DNA of 64,000 nucleotides from Lobosporangium transversale (Eukaryota): NCBI RefSeq assembly GCF_002105155.1, contig NW_019028994.1, positions 186,001 to 250,000 of the forward strand, read 5' to 3'. Shown piece by piece: positions 13,677 to 30,044 of this stretch (position 1 is its first letter; each line of letters starts with the position of its first letter). The notes under the pieces were generated by a model. It saw only the letters and a program-made list of their open reading frames with translations, ran no database searches and was not told where the DNA came from. The position numbers and the translations under genes were made by a program.

Positions 13677-14065
13677 TTAGGGATATAATAATTATTGACA
13701 AGCCATTGTGGCAAAGCGCTAGATAAATAAAGATCATAAAAAAGTCAAAAGGAAAGACTTACTCGGAAGTCTGAAGGAAGGCTGATCAAGTTCTTTGAAA
13801 TGACCTTGCGTTGTCCCCCGCTCTTGGGATCCATCTTGAGCAACAACATGATCTTTGATGATTTTCCCTTGGCTGGTGCAGGCTTTGTAGGTCTTGTGTT
13901 ATTGTTGTTCATCCGACTGTCCAAGGTGGCGAGAGTGTGTGATCGTGACTGATTATCTTGGTTTGAGGATGGGGAGTTGGGAAGAGGGGTATTGGGACCA
14001 ATCCCTTGCCATTTAGGATCCTTTGGCTTTTGGGTCTTTGATTGTTTTGAGAAAAGTGAACCCAT
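12936..14065 (-). CDS. Small CRIB (Cdc42/Rac-binding) domain protein with N-myristoylation-like start, 4 exons
   Basis: MGSLFSKQ start. The CRIB motif is split by an intron: LISLPSDFR|HTGHIG. Later exons PNKIKNQMMEVAACLK...NG|PDQVGRYATRPGAEAVAF*. Confidence 0.75.
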
Positions 14066-14799
14066 GATGGTTGAGTTTGTATAGCTATGAGGGGGTATTA
14101 GATTAGGTGGGTATGTTTATGAGACAGCAAAGTTGCTAGTAGTGTAAGATAGATGGTGTTGTTTTCTTTTAAAAGGAAAGAAAATAAGAAAAAAAAAAAA
14201 GCAAAATAAGAAACAGTAAAGGGCAAGGTGGTAGTAGAGAGTTAGCAAAAAAAAAAAAAAAAAAAAAAAAAAAGAAAGTCGAGGGTAATAAAAAAGCTAA
14301 AGAACAACAGTAGTGACAGTAATGTTCATCAAGAGAGCATACAATTCTTTTTGCTACTGCTTCTGTTGACTGTTGTGCTGCAAGGGTTTGTGGAGAGCAA
14401 GGGATGGCAGTAAAGCTGTTTGAAATACGTGTGCAAAATGACTCCTGTGAGTCGGGAAAACGTTGAAGCAAGGAAGGAGGAAAAAGGAGGAAGAGTGGAA
14501 AAGAGAAGGAGAAGATAATGACGATAGTCAGTATAAAAAAAAAGTGGCGAGTTGTTGAAAAAAAAGGGGAAGGAGGAAGATGAAGATGTAGAAAAGAAAG
14601 AAAGAAGAAAAGAGAGTAAAGTAAAAAAAGAAGAGAAGAAAGATAAAAAAGTTGCTTTTGCTTTTTTTTTTTTTTTAACCGACAACTGCAAAGATCGGTG
14701 CTTGTTCAAAAAGGCCCTTTTGTGTCTTTTTGTGTGCATACATGAGTGAATGTTGACAGCTTTTTTTATTTTGTTGCACAGTTTGTTTGTGTTTAGTCG

Positions 14800-14854
14800 G
14801 TCATTCAGTCATTCAGTCATTCAGTCAGTCAGTCAGTCAGTCAGTCAGTCAGTC
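14800..14854. repeat. (CATTCAGT)n/(CAGT)n microsatellite
   Basis: Visible tandem repeat upstream of the CRIB gene. Confidence 0.9.
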
Positions 14855-15788
14855 CAACCTTGCCTGACAACGATCGTGCATCATCCTTCCCAATTGTCTA
14901 CACTATTTTATAGTTGAAATGCATTCAAATGCAATACAATCGAATACATAACCATGTAATAATCAAAAAGAAGAAGAAACAGAGAAAGCAGGCACACCCG
15001 TCGCAAATAAATAAAAAAAAAAAAAAAAGGGGGTAATGGAGTTAGCATTGAGCTGACAGGATAGGTGATTATGACGATGCTCTTTTTTTAACAAAAAATA
15101 GGAGGCGATACTGTGATCATCAGTGCTTTCTTGTGCAATCTCTAGTCATGGACCAGATGACCCCATGGACAACCATAATTATGCACAAACAGTCGGACAA
15201 AGAACATACCCATGGCCACACAACCTGTTACATCCGATGGTCTGTTCTCTTTCCAAAGAGTCTTCTGTCTCTGCTGTGCATGTCTCCCTTTTCTCAAGGG
15301 CTGAACCATGATATGAACAAGTTCCTCAAAAAGCTTGTCTTGCACACCCAGTTCCTGTTAGTCACATGTGGCCAATATATATATATATACTTTCTTCTTT
15401 TCTTTAAGGGAAAAAAAAAAAAAAAAAAAGCCAAAACGCGTTTCTTTATTTTGTTGTTGTAATCCGTAACTCTGGCCTATTTTAGCCTTTTCTAATATTC
15501 TTTGGCTATTACACACATTCTTGGTCTTGGTACTGCTGCACGCAAAGTAAAGTAGAGAGAATTTGCAACAATGTTTGTGATCTCTGTATCAGGCATACTG
15601 AAATACAATAGAGGCTTTGGCTTGTATACATTATATAAAACACAGTAGAACGGAAAAGGGACACGATCCTAAAGTTTAGTCTTCACACGAGGACACCGCA
15701 AGGAGATGATGTGCCCTCGTTCTCTGGCCTATTGATAATGATTCACCTATTACAGTCCTTAAAGGAATCTAACGGCTTGTTCCGATCT

Positions 15789-16250
15789 TCAGGTCCTGGC
15801 TCCTGCAATTCTCCTCTGAAGCAAGTTGAGTCGATTCTTTATCGATTGAATAACTGCATACATGATGATACGCAGTGATGATGCGAAAAAAAAAAAAAAA
15901 AAAAAAAAAAATATTGCATAAGCTTTCTTTCAAAAAAGTTTGGATGATGTATGAATACATGGTACTAAAATTAAAATAGTAAGAAGCATTACATTTGTTT
16001 AAAATTTCACGGTCATCCTCTTCAATAGCCTCGCTGCGCCCATCTTCACCAGCGCCGTCAAGGATAGCATGGAGCATCCATATAGATGTCTGATAAGATT
16101 TCTCGCTCTCACCATAGTCGTCATTAAGAAGTTCTTTCATGGCCGCTGCTTTACTCTATTCACCACGACAAAAAAAAAAAAAACAAAAAAAACAAAAAAA
16201 ACAAAAAAACAAAAAAAAAAGCAAATAAACAAAATAAATTATAATTAATT

Positions 16251-16294
<44 letters not shown>

Positions 16295-19200
16295 GTACAT
16301 GTCAGTACAGTTTAGAGAACAAGTTTATAGTATATTGTAATCAGTCAAGCAGGCAGGTAGATGGGTAGGTAAGACTACCAATAACCTACCAGTTCTAACG
16401 CCCGCTCATAAATAAGCTTCTCAATGACCACGCCGCTCTCCTCGCGATGATCAATTCCGGAACGAGCCTTGGCAGCCTCCGCCTTTTCGAGACACTCATT
16501 GAATCGATCTCGGATCCACTGAACCCCATTGTTGAGCCTTCGTGACGCTGGCTTAGATCCTGGACGCCTTTCTTCCCAGTAGCGTCGGGCAACGTCCATA
16601 CCGGACTGCAATAATGCAAGGGCTCGAAGATACAAGAAAAAGGCTTCCTCTGCCAAAATGCTATCCGCTGTGGGGCTATTGTCCTCAGAAGGAGAATATT
16701 CTAGTTCATCTAACGGACGAATGCCTTCCATTTTCGAATCCGCAAACTGTGATACCACATACGCCTTGTGGGCAGTGTCCTCAACAGCCTGAAGCACAGA
16801 TCCCTCCTCAGGAAACGACTCCTCATCAGTCCCACCCTTATTAGTGCTGTCCATGAACCCGATCAGCGACGTATTGCTCCTCCAAGAAGGCGGAGAGGAG
16901 GATGCGCCAAACAAGCGCATCGATGCCATCGAGATAGCTTTGGCCAGAGCAGACGTCCTGCCACTATCGCGCGGGCTACCTGATCTAGCGCTGTTGGGTG
17001 ATGACATCGGCTGGATCTGGCCTAATGATGGGCGGTGCAGGAGCTGAGCCGATTTCGACTCTTCTGGTGAAGGCGTTATTGGGAGCGCGAATGGAGGCGT
17101 CGTTGCGAAATAACTGGTGTTTGAAGGCGGTGACTGAGATGAAGACGAGTATGGAAATGGTGGTGGCGGTGTCCTGTATTGTGTAGCCAGAGATGTGGGA
17201 ATTGGTGGTGAGAGTGTATTTATTTGACCAGCCCCAGTCTTGGATCGTGTTGAGTTCGATGTAGGGGGTCCTGCCACCTCTGTCAGAGATTCAATTCATA
17301 AAACATAGTATGAGCATAATCTAGCACTGAATACTTTTTTTTAAAAAAAAAAATAAAAATAAAATAGTTCAAGAGATCAAGTTAAAATTCACACCTACCG
17401 TCTGCTAGAACGTTGAGCTCCACTGCTCGCTTCTCGACTACAACGTAATCCTTGTCCAGAAGCGCGTCATCGTCTGGTGTACTATATCGGCGTGGTCCAT
17501 CTGGTACACCTACCAGGGTGCTACGTCGATAAGGTTGTGATAATGGATGGGCTGTTGCCGCTCTATTTGCGACCTCTGAGCCGATATCCATTGATTTCAT
17601 ACGGCGAGCGGATACATTGGTTGGTCCTGAGCTAGGTTGGGTTTGGTAGTCTGCAGGGAAGGACTGTATCTTGGGTGAAGATATTGGGAGTTGAAGTGGC
17701 GGTCGACTTTCTGGAAGGGCGGATGGTGATCCACTTTTCAAAGACCTTGACCGCGAATGTGATCGAAACTCTGTCGCCCTTTCAGATTGCTCTCTGCTTC
17801 CCGATGGGATAGTAATTGGCTTTTTGTCCCCTCTTTCCCTATGGCCTATATCCGGTGAATAACGAGACGGATCAAGAGTCATTGGTCGCCTACTCGAATC
17901 GGTGGATGCTGATTCAACTCTTGAATAGTCCTGAGCCGAAGAACTGCTTTGTGTAGATCTCGACCTATTACGGGCAGCTAGATTCGACACCGTAGGGTTC
18001 ATGAAGAACTCTTCAAAGGAGATCCTCTCCACCGGATTGCGCTTCAATAGCTGTCGGATCAAGTCCTTGATATCCTCAGTTATTGGAGCCATCGATTGAT
18101 TGTTCTGTTGTGAAGGAGATGATCCTGCTCTATTATCTGTCAAGGTTTCACCTGGAAACGTGATCACGTCCTGAGCTTTCTCTATTCTTTTAAGCAACTC
18201 AACATGGTTTTGTGCCCTGAATGGCGGCTTTCCTGTACACATTTCGTACAAGACTGTTCCCACACTCCATAGATCTGCCTTGGCATCATATTTTTCATAG
18301 CGGAGAATTTCTGGAGCCATATAAAGGGGTGAGCCACATAGTGTTTCAGCAAGACTAAGATGAGGTAACGAGCGTGCAAAGCCAAAATCTGCTACTTTCA
18401 ATATAGGGAGCCCATATCCACTGCCTTCTTTGCTATTACTTGGAGGATGAAGGAGGAGATTCTAATAGAGTGCAAAAACAAGTCATGTCTTTAGTATCGC
18501 TATCCCATGGTCCATTCTACTTGTCCATATTACATCAAAACGCTGTATTCTGTACCTGAGGCTTCAGGTCTCGGTGAATAAGGTTTTTTGAACGGAGGAA
18601 CTCCAGAGCAGAAGCTATAATGGGATGCACACAATTTTGTCAGTTTTGTGGTAAAAAATTTAACCCCTGTGACACAGATCCCTGTATGGTAAACAATGAT
18701 GGTTTACTGACCCAGCTGCTTCAGGAAATGACGCACCACTACTTCATGTAGGCCACCGCCAGGTGGAGGAGGAAGCGAGGGTGGTCCATCACCTCTTCTT
18801 TTGATATACTGTGATAGATCACCTTGTGAGCAGTACTCCATGACAAGATGGATATGTGACTCCGTTTCCTAACCATGCAAGCCCACAGTGGATTTATTAA
18901 GGTTCAATCGTTGCATCCCCTTCATTATGCATAGATGACAGTAATGGCAAGACACAATTCATTCCTTACCTTGCAATCAACAAGAGCCACGATATGGTCA
19001 TGACGAATGCCTTTCAGAATATTGATCTCGCTTGCCAGGTTCTCAAGCAGCTTCTTTGTCAGTTTGGAGCGGAGGACTGACTTGATAGCAACCAGCTCTT
19101 TCGTCACCTACATGAAGGAAGAAAAAATAAATAAATAAGCCCAGTAAAAAAGCAGAGTGTCAGTCAACAATAATGATCTTTTCCTTGGCAACTCTCTTGT

Positions 19201-19395
19201 CCACGAAGCTCTCTTTAATGTGGAACAAATTGGGTGTGCCCCATAAAAAAAAAAATGCTCATATCGTCCCCAGTGTAAGCGACTCACTCTATGATGGCCC
19301 TTGTAAACGGTGGCAAAAGACCCCCGACCAATTTCCTGCTCCACAATATAGTCGCCGACCTGTATTGTCTCTTGCATGGGCTTGGCAGATGCCAT
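15789..19395 (-). CDS. ATG1: Autophagy Ser/Thr kinase Atg1/ULK (multi-exon)
   Basis: [34 protein letters not shown] and [15 protein letters not shown] kinase motifs. [13 protein letters not shown] and the C-terminal tandem-MIT region ([24 protein letters not shown]). Stop at 15789. Confidence 0.95.
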
Positions 19396-20419
19396 GGCGA
19401 GAATATGACAATGACTGAGGTCTTTTTGGCGAAAAAGGTCAAGTTGAGAAGGTGTGTCTTTATGCTCTTTTAATGAATGCTACAATCCAAAGGGTGTCAG
19501 CATTTATTGAGACTGGATTTGCTAAAAGACCAAAAAAAGAAAAGAAAAGAAAAAAAAGCGTGGCCCCCTATTCTTTTTTGACGCAGAGTGGGTATGGTGA
19601 ATATGAACTTGTAGTAAAGTGCGAGTCTGCGAATAAATGATAAGAAAAAAAGAGAGACAAGGAGGGGGAGAGAAACAGAGGGAGACGGAGACGGAGACGG
19701 AGAGGGAGAGGGAGAGAGGAGAGTTGCTTTATGTTTTAAGGTATAGATAGATAGGACGAGATGTGGAATGACAAAGATGAAGGGAAAGATGAATAAGAGC
19801 TTCATGCATAGAATGAATGAAGCATTCTGCCGCAGACTCTTGTCTTTTTAGTGACTGCGCGTCGTATTCAAAGTTGAGAAGCTCTTTAAGAGTGTGTTCC
19901 CAAGTAAAATGCATCGCATCACGTGGAGTAGAGCGCAAGACCCAAAGTCTTATGACAAATAGACAAGAGTGCCCAAAATAAAATGTCTCTGAATCAGCCT
20001 CTGTTAGGAGGTAGTGGAAGAGATAAGCATTCCAACCCTGAGACGGAAGGTATATATATTCATGTCATCTTATTTATTCAACATTACGATTGATAGACAA
20101 AGAGATTAGAAATAGAAATATTGTCTAATCAGCTGACAATAGGTGAAGGCCATATCTTCATGCTTCTACGCGTGTTTGTAGTCTTCGTTAACCAGACTCG
20201 CTTTCATTCCAAATAAGAGATTGCATTATTCAAAATATTTTTCATCTAGCCTGAAAAAGAGAAAAAAAGAAACTTTACGCTCAGAAATACATGAAGCAAT
20301 AAAGATCAGCCAATTGGCGGGCGCCTTCATTGGCGATCAAAAAAAGAAAAAAAAAAAAGTGTTGAAGTCTGCATTTGTTCGGCAACCTTGGGCAGCATTT
20401 AAACTCTCTAGATAAATAC

Positions 20420-20453
<34 letters not shown>

Positions 20454-21510
20454 CACACTCATATAGAAAGCGGATGCACCTTTTTATTTTTAATGCTTCT
20501 CTGCCTTTATTACCATGGATGGTGACGAAAATAAAGTTCATTAGAAGGATGTAGTGGCCATGACCTTCAGCAAATGAGGCGAAACAGGGTGTCCGTGGGT
20601 TTTCTACGCTTTCATTGGTGGCTGTTTAAAAAAAATTAAAAAAATAAATCCTATTTCTGTTACACTTATTTTTGGAACGGGTTCACTGGTGCAGAGGTTT
20701 AGGTCCAGAGCGGGGTTCCGTGGAAAAGAAATTCCTTCTCCATAGAATGATTACCTTACACTACGCAGTCGATGCCACTGGAGAGGGGGAGGAGAAAGTG
20801 TTGGATACTACTCACAATTATACTCATAATTCCCCTGTCCTGTCTAGTGAAGCGTAGGGGGGAAGCAGGAAGCATCAGATTTTCAGTGTTGTATTACGAA
20901 TGCGTGGTGCTGCATCAGTGGGGAGTAAAATAAGGAGGGTTGGTCGCAGAAAATTCGTCCCGTCTGCAACCTCTATAGAAACCCTCCCCTATCCGAACAG
21001 GCCTCACCGCAAGAAAACCCCTGAGAGAAAAAGGAAAAAAAAGGGAAAAAAGTACGATTGACCCACAGGCGCCTTCTTACTCTCATTTATCTATATTGTA
21101 GCATATCTTTCAAACCCAAGCTCGTGTCATACTTCTTCCTTTCAACAAGGATGAACAGGAACCAAGGGCACACACTGTTTGATTTGGTCATCTCCTTGAA
21201 ATATTTTAGAGAGTGATTCAAGGTGGCTGGTTGGTTAGTTTTGAAGGGGCATGCGTGTGAAGAACAAAAATGTTGGCAATTATTTTGAATACGCCCAATA
21301 ATAATTGAATGAATTGCGCACTGTAGAAAAGCATATAAAAGGAAGGCCTAATCTCTGCTTCTCATCTGTTCTTTTTCCACTCCAATTCATTCCATCCTAC
21401 CTCCAAACGTTCATTTCCTCATCTCAACCTTTTTCCTAGTAACTTCCCTTAATCTTTCTTCCTTTCCACAACAACACAACCACTCGATTTTTTTTTGTAT
21501 ACCCTCCGAC

Positions 21511-24233
<2,723 letters not shown>

Positions 24234-24507
24234 ATCTGAATCACGCTTCTCGTAGTAGTAATATCACTCATGTCTTTATAGACTTTTGTACAAATATCCT
24301 CCAAAACATTAAAGAAATTTGACCAACAATCACGTTGATACCCTTTTTTGCTTTGATAACGAGATGGAGCTTTAAATCAAATTGACTATTAAAAAGATGT
24401 ATCTATAGAAATCAATGTTCTGATACTTGGCATCAATGAATTAATTTATCATAACCTGGGCCAGCCAGGACAATACATTTAAACATATGCAAAGTTGGTT
24501 TGCAGTC

Positions 24508-25553
24508 TGCCCTCAAGAAGCGGGCCAAAATGGCCTGCTTGTTAATGGAATTTGTTGAGTCTATTTGATTCAGTCAAATAAACAAAAAAGATTTCACAAA
24601 GATCATGTTTTTCATTTACAGAGGTTTATGAAGTCCTTCAGGCCAAGACATTGACAAGGCAAGTGTCAACTACATTTGGCAATTCTCTTGAATTAATCTC
24701 TAGAGAGTTTTGTGTATTAGTCAGCGATACTTTGACTCGTAACTATTTAAGATGTAGATGTGAATCGAAGCCTATTACTATCCTTGTTCCAATAAACCCT
24801 AAAGAACCATATGGAAAACTCAATGAACGGTGGAATGAACCCAGTCAATAATGAAGAGGGCTCGGGGGGAGGGCTTCTCTTGCTGCGTGACATGGTGAAT
24901 AATAACCCTTTTACAGCTGCGTACGGCTCAAAGACGGACACCTAGGATCGGATCGCAAATAACCTCAAGATTCATGATCAGGAGGCTGCTAGACGAAATG
25001 AAGCGCCAATGTTTGAAGGAGTCACTGCAAAAACTTGCGAGGAAAGATGGGTTGTTTTATTTCAGAAACATAAGGACCGCGTATCGCAAATGTACTCTCT
25101 TCCACTCCTTGTTTTCATTATATCCGGCATACGAAATGCGACAATAGTACGTAAAAGCGCATGTTGATCAAAATGAAATTGTTAAAGCTGCTAAAGTCAA
25201 AGCTTAAGTTGAGTAAAAAAAAAAAAAAAAAGAGTGGATTCTCTATTGCCAGGTCCTGAACATCGTTTTCCTCTTCTTCCTCTTCCTCTCTCTCTCTTCG
25301 TCCCCCGCTCTTTCTTCATCTTCTTCCATACCAACTTCAGGGGCATCTTCAAGATCTACTTTTTCACGAGCGATAAGCTCTTCTATTAGCAATGCAAAAC
25401 TCAAGACCCAGACAAAACTGAAATAAGTACAATAAGGTAAGTGATAAAAGTATAAGTGAATAAGTGGAATAAATGGAATAAGGGAATGAAAGAACAATAG
25501 GATTTACAAACTCTCTTAGCAAGCGGGCCAAAATGGCCCGCTTCTTGAGGGCA
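24508..25553. mobile_element. ~1.05-kb non-autonomous TIR element with a degenerate Myb/SANT-like coding remnant
   Basis: ~38-bp imperfect inverted repeats: TGCCCTCAAGAAGCGGGCC...GCTTGTTAA (24508-24545) and TTAGCAAGCGGGCC...GCTTCTTGAGGGCA (25516-25553). The internal stop-disrupted frame reads LLLLRDMVNNNPFTAAYGSKTDT*DRIANNL...TAKTCEERWVVL. No clear TSD. Confidence 0.75.
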
Positions 25554-26946
25554 ACTATACATTAAAATTTGTTCAACGCGTCAATCCTTCTCGGGAAATA
25601 TATTATTAACATAAATTGTTGAAACATTATGTTGTCCGAGTACAAAAATAAAAAGTTTGCATTACTTCTTCTTTGCTTCGTACTCCATGCATTATCTTGT
25701 CACTGTTTTTTTTTTCTTAAAAAAAAAAAAAAAAAAAGACCTAGGACAGCCCTGTCGCCAGAAGGTTTACAGGCACGAATATTATTATGCTTGACCATTG
25801 GTCAGTCAGGGCGACCATAGCATAGATCCATCATCTTTCAGGCCCGCCTCTACAACGGTTAACCGTGAGAGTAGCTAATGAATCGATTGGTTGACTAAAT
25901 TCCTATGACGAGGAAATAGGCACATAAAGACTTCCACTGGTCAACTGCTTGGCGAATAAGACCGATATCCGTTCTCATGTTGCCGATTCAATGGGTATGG
26001 TTACATCATTATCAGATTTGTTTGATACTTCTATCGCCATGCTCCCTTCGGAATGCTCATATATTACTGCAATTTTCCCATTTTCAACTTGAATGATGTA
26101 TACAGGCACAACAGATCGGCAGAATAGAAAAGGCGTACAGTATGTCTGTAAGTCTGCAATGAAGCTTCTTCATAGATACATTTTACTGTATATTTTGAAT
26201 GCCGTTAATCTTTTGCATGTACCAGTAGATACCAGTAGCTGAATGTTGGTGAATAGACCCTAGGCCCTTCATCCTTTCGCTGAAGCTATTATTATTATTA
26301 TTATTATTACTGTTATTGGATTTATGTGGTACATGTATATTGGTTCTTTTAAAATCTGAAAACCGGTGTTTGGAAACAAGTTTTTTTAGTCCCTCCAAAC
26401 TTTAATAAAGGCAATCATTACATATTGCACGCGGTTAATACATTCGCTCAAAGAAGACATCATGAATAGCATAAGAAATATCCAAAAAGACGACCCATGT
26501 GCCATAATGGAAACCGGGAAATAGATTTTTTTCCTTTTTAAAAAAAAAATGGGTAACGCGTCAAATCTTACTAAAGGACAGGGAAGAAACCGCCCAACGA
26601 AACGCTCGAAATGTATCCACGCGTGCCATTGACTTCCAACTTTACCCACGTGTGAACATTTACACACAATGCGCATTCGGGTTAAAGTCCAAATCCCCTT
26701 CTTTGTCATCATCTTTTATTTACAATAAACAAAACGAGCCTTCCCTTTCACATCTACACCATTAAAGGATGACCAAAAGGCTATAAAAGCCTTAATGAAG
26801 TCCCTTTCTTTCTTTCTTTCTTTTTTTTTTTTTTCTTTTTCTTTTTTATTGCCCTCTTCACCACTTGAATATATTGGTTCTCTAAACCTGGTCTTCTTCC
26901 CCGATCACGCTAGATTTATTATTGTCGTCCACAGGTTTCTTCACTG

Positions 26947-28240
26947 ATGAAAATTGCTACTGGCTTCCTGTCTTTTGCAGCAGCCGCTATCCTCCCCTCC
27001 TTGAGCATGGCTATCACCACATTCAGCGTGTTATCCAACAATGTATACTTCCTAAACGAGCTTATTAGCCCTGATTGGGGACAGCGTAAGGATGTGAGCT
27101 TCACCTCAACACGCAAACTATATGCCAGTAACTCTCGTACCGAAACATAACTTTTCTTTTTTTTTTTTTTTTTTTTTTTTTCAATTAGAAACTAGGGCCA
27201 AGTTGATTGCAGAGTCAGACTACATTAAAGGCCATGATGTTATCGTGCTTCAAGAATGCTTTTCTAAACGAGCTTGCGACATTCTCCGTGAGGGCCTGCG
27301 TTCTCAATGTAATTTTTTTTTTTTTTTTTTTTTTTTTTTCTTAAAAAAAATTAAGTACGAGCGTCCATCATAACACATGGCGTTAATTGGACTGCGTTTA
27401 GATCCCTACCAAACCCCAACATTAGGAGTATCCAAGGAAGGGTGGGACTCGACTTCAGGATATTATCACTGGTCTGTTCCTCTGAATGGTGGTGTGGTCA
27501 TCATGAGCAAATGGCCTATCACACAGAAGCACCAATACGTCTTCAAGAATGGTTGTGCAAGTGAATGGTAACGGTTTTTTTTATTTTTTTTTTATCATCT
27601 TAACTAATACTCTAACGACCATGTCGCTATAAGCCTTACTCACCACAGGTTGCGTTCCAAAAAAAAAAAAAAAAAAAAAAAAAAAAACAACAACGTATGA
27701 TTTTTTTTATTTTTTTATAATAGGTTTCAAAATAAAGGATTCGCCTATGCTGTGTTGAACTACCAGGGCAAGAACGTCCATGTCTTTGGCACGCACATGC
27801 AGAGTGACGATTCCGCTTGTCTGCCTGGTCAACCAGCCCGTTACCGTGGTCAAGCATTGGACGCCTGGCGCTCTTATATCGATTCACTCAACATCCCTGC
27901 AAACGAGTTGGTGATCATGGCGGGTGATTTCAACATCAAGCGCGACACAGAGGAGTTCAGCTCGATGCTCAAGCGGTTAAATGCGACTCAGCCCACGGTT
28001 TATGATGGCCATCCTTGGACTTGGGACACTCAAACGAATGAAATTGCGCGGTACAACTATCCAGATTTGATTCCAGAGTACCTTGATTTTGTTGTGACAG
28101 ACAAGGAACACTTGGCTGTCAAATCCTCGGTCCAGACAACACTGAAGGTTCAGTCACCAGAGTACCATATCAAGGGAGCGGCCTATCACGAGTATAGTGA
28201 CCATTACCCTGTCAAAACCGTTATCGAGGCTGATCTGTAA
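26947..28240 (+). CDS. Secreted sphingomyelinase C-like enzyme (EEP/DNase I-like fold), 4 exons
   Basis: Signal peptide, NVYFL...PDWGQ|QTRAKLIAESDYIKGHDVIVLQECF, GGVVIMSKWPI, NKGF, VHVFGTHMQS, AGDFN, EYLDFV and YSDHYPV. These motifs match Bacillus/Staphylococcus-type neutral SMase C. Confidence 0.88.
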
Positions 28241-28915
28241 AAAAAAAAGACTCCCTTGCGTGCCATTACATAGTTTTTAAACATCACATAGAATACATTA
28301 AGCCTTCATCATAAGGCACCATCACTTTTTTGTTGTCTTGTGCAAGTCAAGGAAATAAATAAATATAAAAACCTCATGATGTTTACGCGTCTGGTTTGCA
28401 TATGCTTATACTTTGCATGTTTAGTGTTTGTAATGGTAACTAAGGTACTCTACTTTTTTTAAACTTCTCTCTCTTTTTTTTTTTATGCATGCTGATAATT
28501 ATTAACATGCTTCAAAAGATGGATAGTATTCATGCTATGGATTGGCCATAGATTGCTATGGTTTTTACACTTTTGAAATTAATTCCTCATACAAGTAATT
28601 CTACAGCTTTTTTCAGTGTCTGTAACAAGATCTCTACCCAATAGAAATCCAGGAAGCGTTTTGTGAGGATGGCAAAGTAAGTAGAGGAAGATCCAAGTGA
28701 GCATCCTCGTGGTTGCTAGAGCTTAGGACAAAGCTTGCGGAGAATTCTTTCCTTTTCCTTTTTTCCTTTTTTTTAAAGTTCTTTCTGAGGGATCGTGGCG
28801 TCGCTGTGACCGACTCGTTGCATTTGTATTAGATCTCGTTGATCTCTCATTTCACTCATTCTTTGTCTAATTCTAAATTGCAGAGGAAAAAAAAAAAAAA
28901 AAAAAACTAAATAAA

Positions 28916-30044
28916 ATGATAAAGACACTTTCTCAAGGATATCAACTACTCAAAACAACAAGGGCTGCAAAGAGATGTAGTATATGCAGTGGCGACAGCA
29001 GCGGCAACAGTAGAGCGTTTGGAATCTTTAGCACGATAAACATGTCTGTAAAAGAGAATCGCTCGTCTACGATCGTCTCTAGTCGGGACCGGACGACGAA
29101 AGCAAAATCCGGGATTGACACAGATCTGAGGACTGTGGTCCAGGAGGTGGCCATCCCAGGAAAATACCAGATGTATTTCAAACCAGATAAGCGAGCAACT
29201 CGAAAGGCGGTAATTTTTTTTTTTTCTGCCATTTATTAGTTGAAAATGGATATGGCTCAAGGGTGTCAACTGATTGAGAGCTGCTGTTCTAAAATAACTA
29301 GGAAGGAGACATCCAAGTAGGCCGATCAAGATCACCAAAGAAGATTAATGCAGCAAAGTGGAAGAATGCGCTTGATCTTACACAGGACATGCCAGGTGCC
29401 CAGCAGCCATCAAATGACTCAAATTCTAAAAATCCTCAGAAGACACGAGGCTTTGAGAATGTAGGCTGGCGGGCACTTGAGCAGGTTTATGCGTGTGATG
29501 CGCTGCCACATCCTCTATTTCATCGTGATCATTTGGAAATAACCAAGGTAGATGATCGAGAATATCCATGCAAATACTAAATATATGTTTATATATATAA
29601 ATGTCCATTATGAAAACTCATCTTGTGCTCTGTTAATTAATTTAACAAGATCAAGTTATTGCCAGACCGAAAAACTTTTCAACTCTGGTATAGACCTAAA
29701 GCAGATAACCGAGTGTCAGCGGTATGTTTCTGAGACCTGGGTTACTGAAAATGTTAATTCGAATGACCTGTTTCCTCAACGATTGGTCGCGCTTCATGAT
29801 CTGGATTATATAGGATGATATTGCCGAAGCTGTAGCTCAATACTCTGGAACCTTTACGGCAATGCTGGCAAGACGCGCGCGTACATCGGGATCCTCCAGA
29901 CTGACGTTCCACCTGGTCCGACAAAGTGATCTAGTCGCGAGTTTGGATGAAGCGTGGGCCAAGATTGAGCAGGAAATAGCGGAGCAAGAGAAAAGCGAGT
30001 TGGAGATGACTTTGCAGAACAGGAGTATAAAAGAATTGAAATAA
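28916..30044 (+). CDS. Putative mitochondrial ribosome-binding factor A (RbfA)-like protein, 4 exons
   Basis: Exons 28916-29209, 29302-29547, 29650-29721 and 29814-30044 join in frame through GT-AG introns. Basic/hydroxylated N-terminus. C-terminal LEITK|IKLLPDRKTFQLWY...DDIAEAVAQYSGTFTAMLARR...RLTFHLVRQSDLVASLDEAWAKIE resembles the RbfA pattern. The gene model is solid, the function tentative. Confidence 0.55.
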
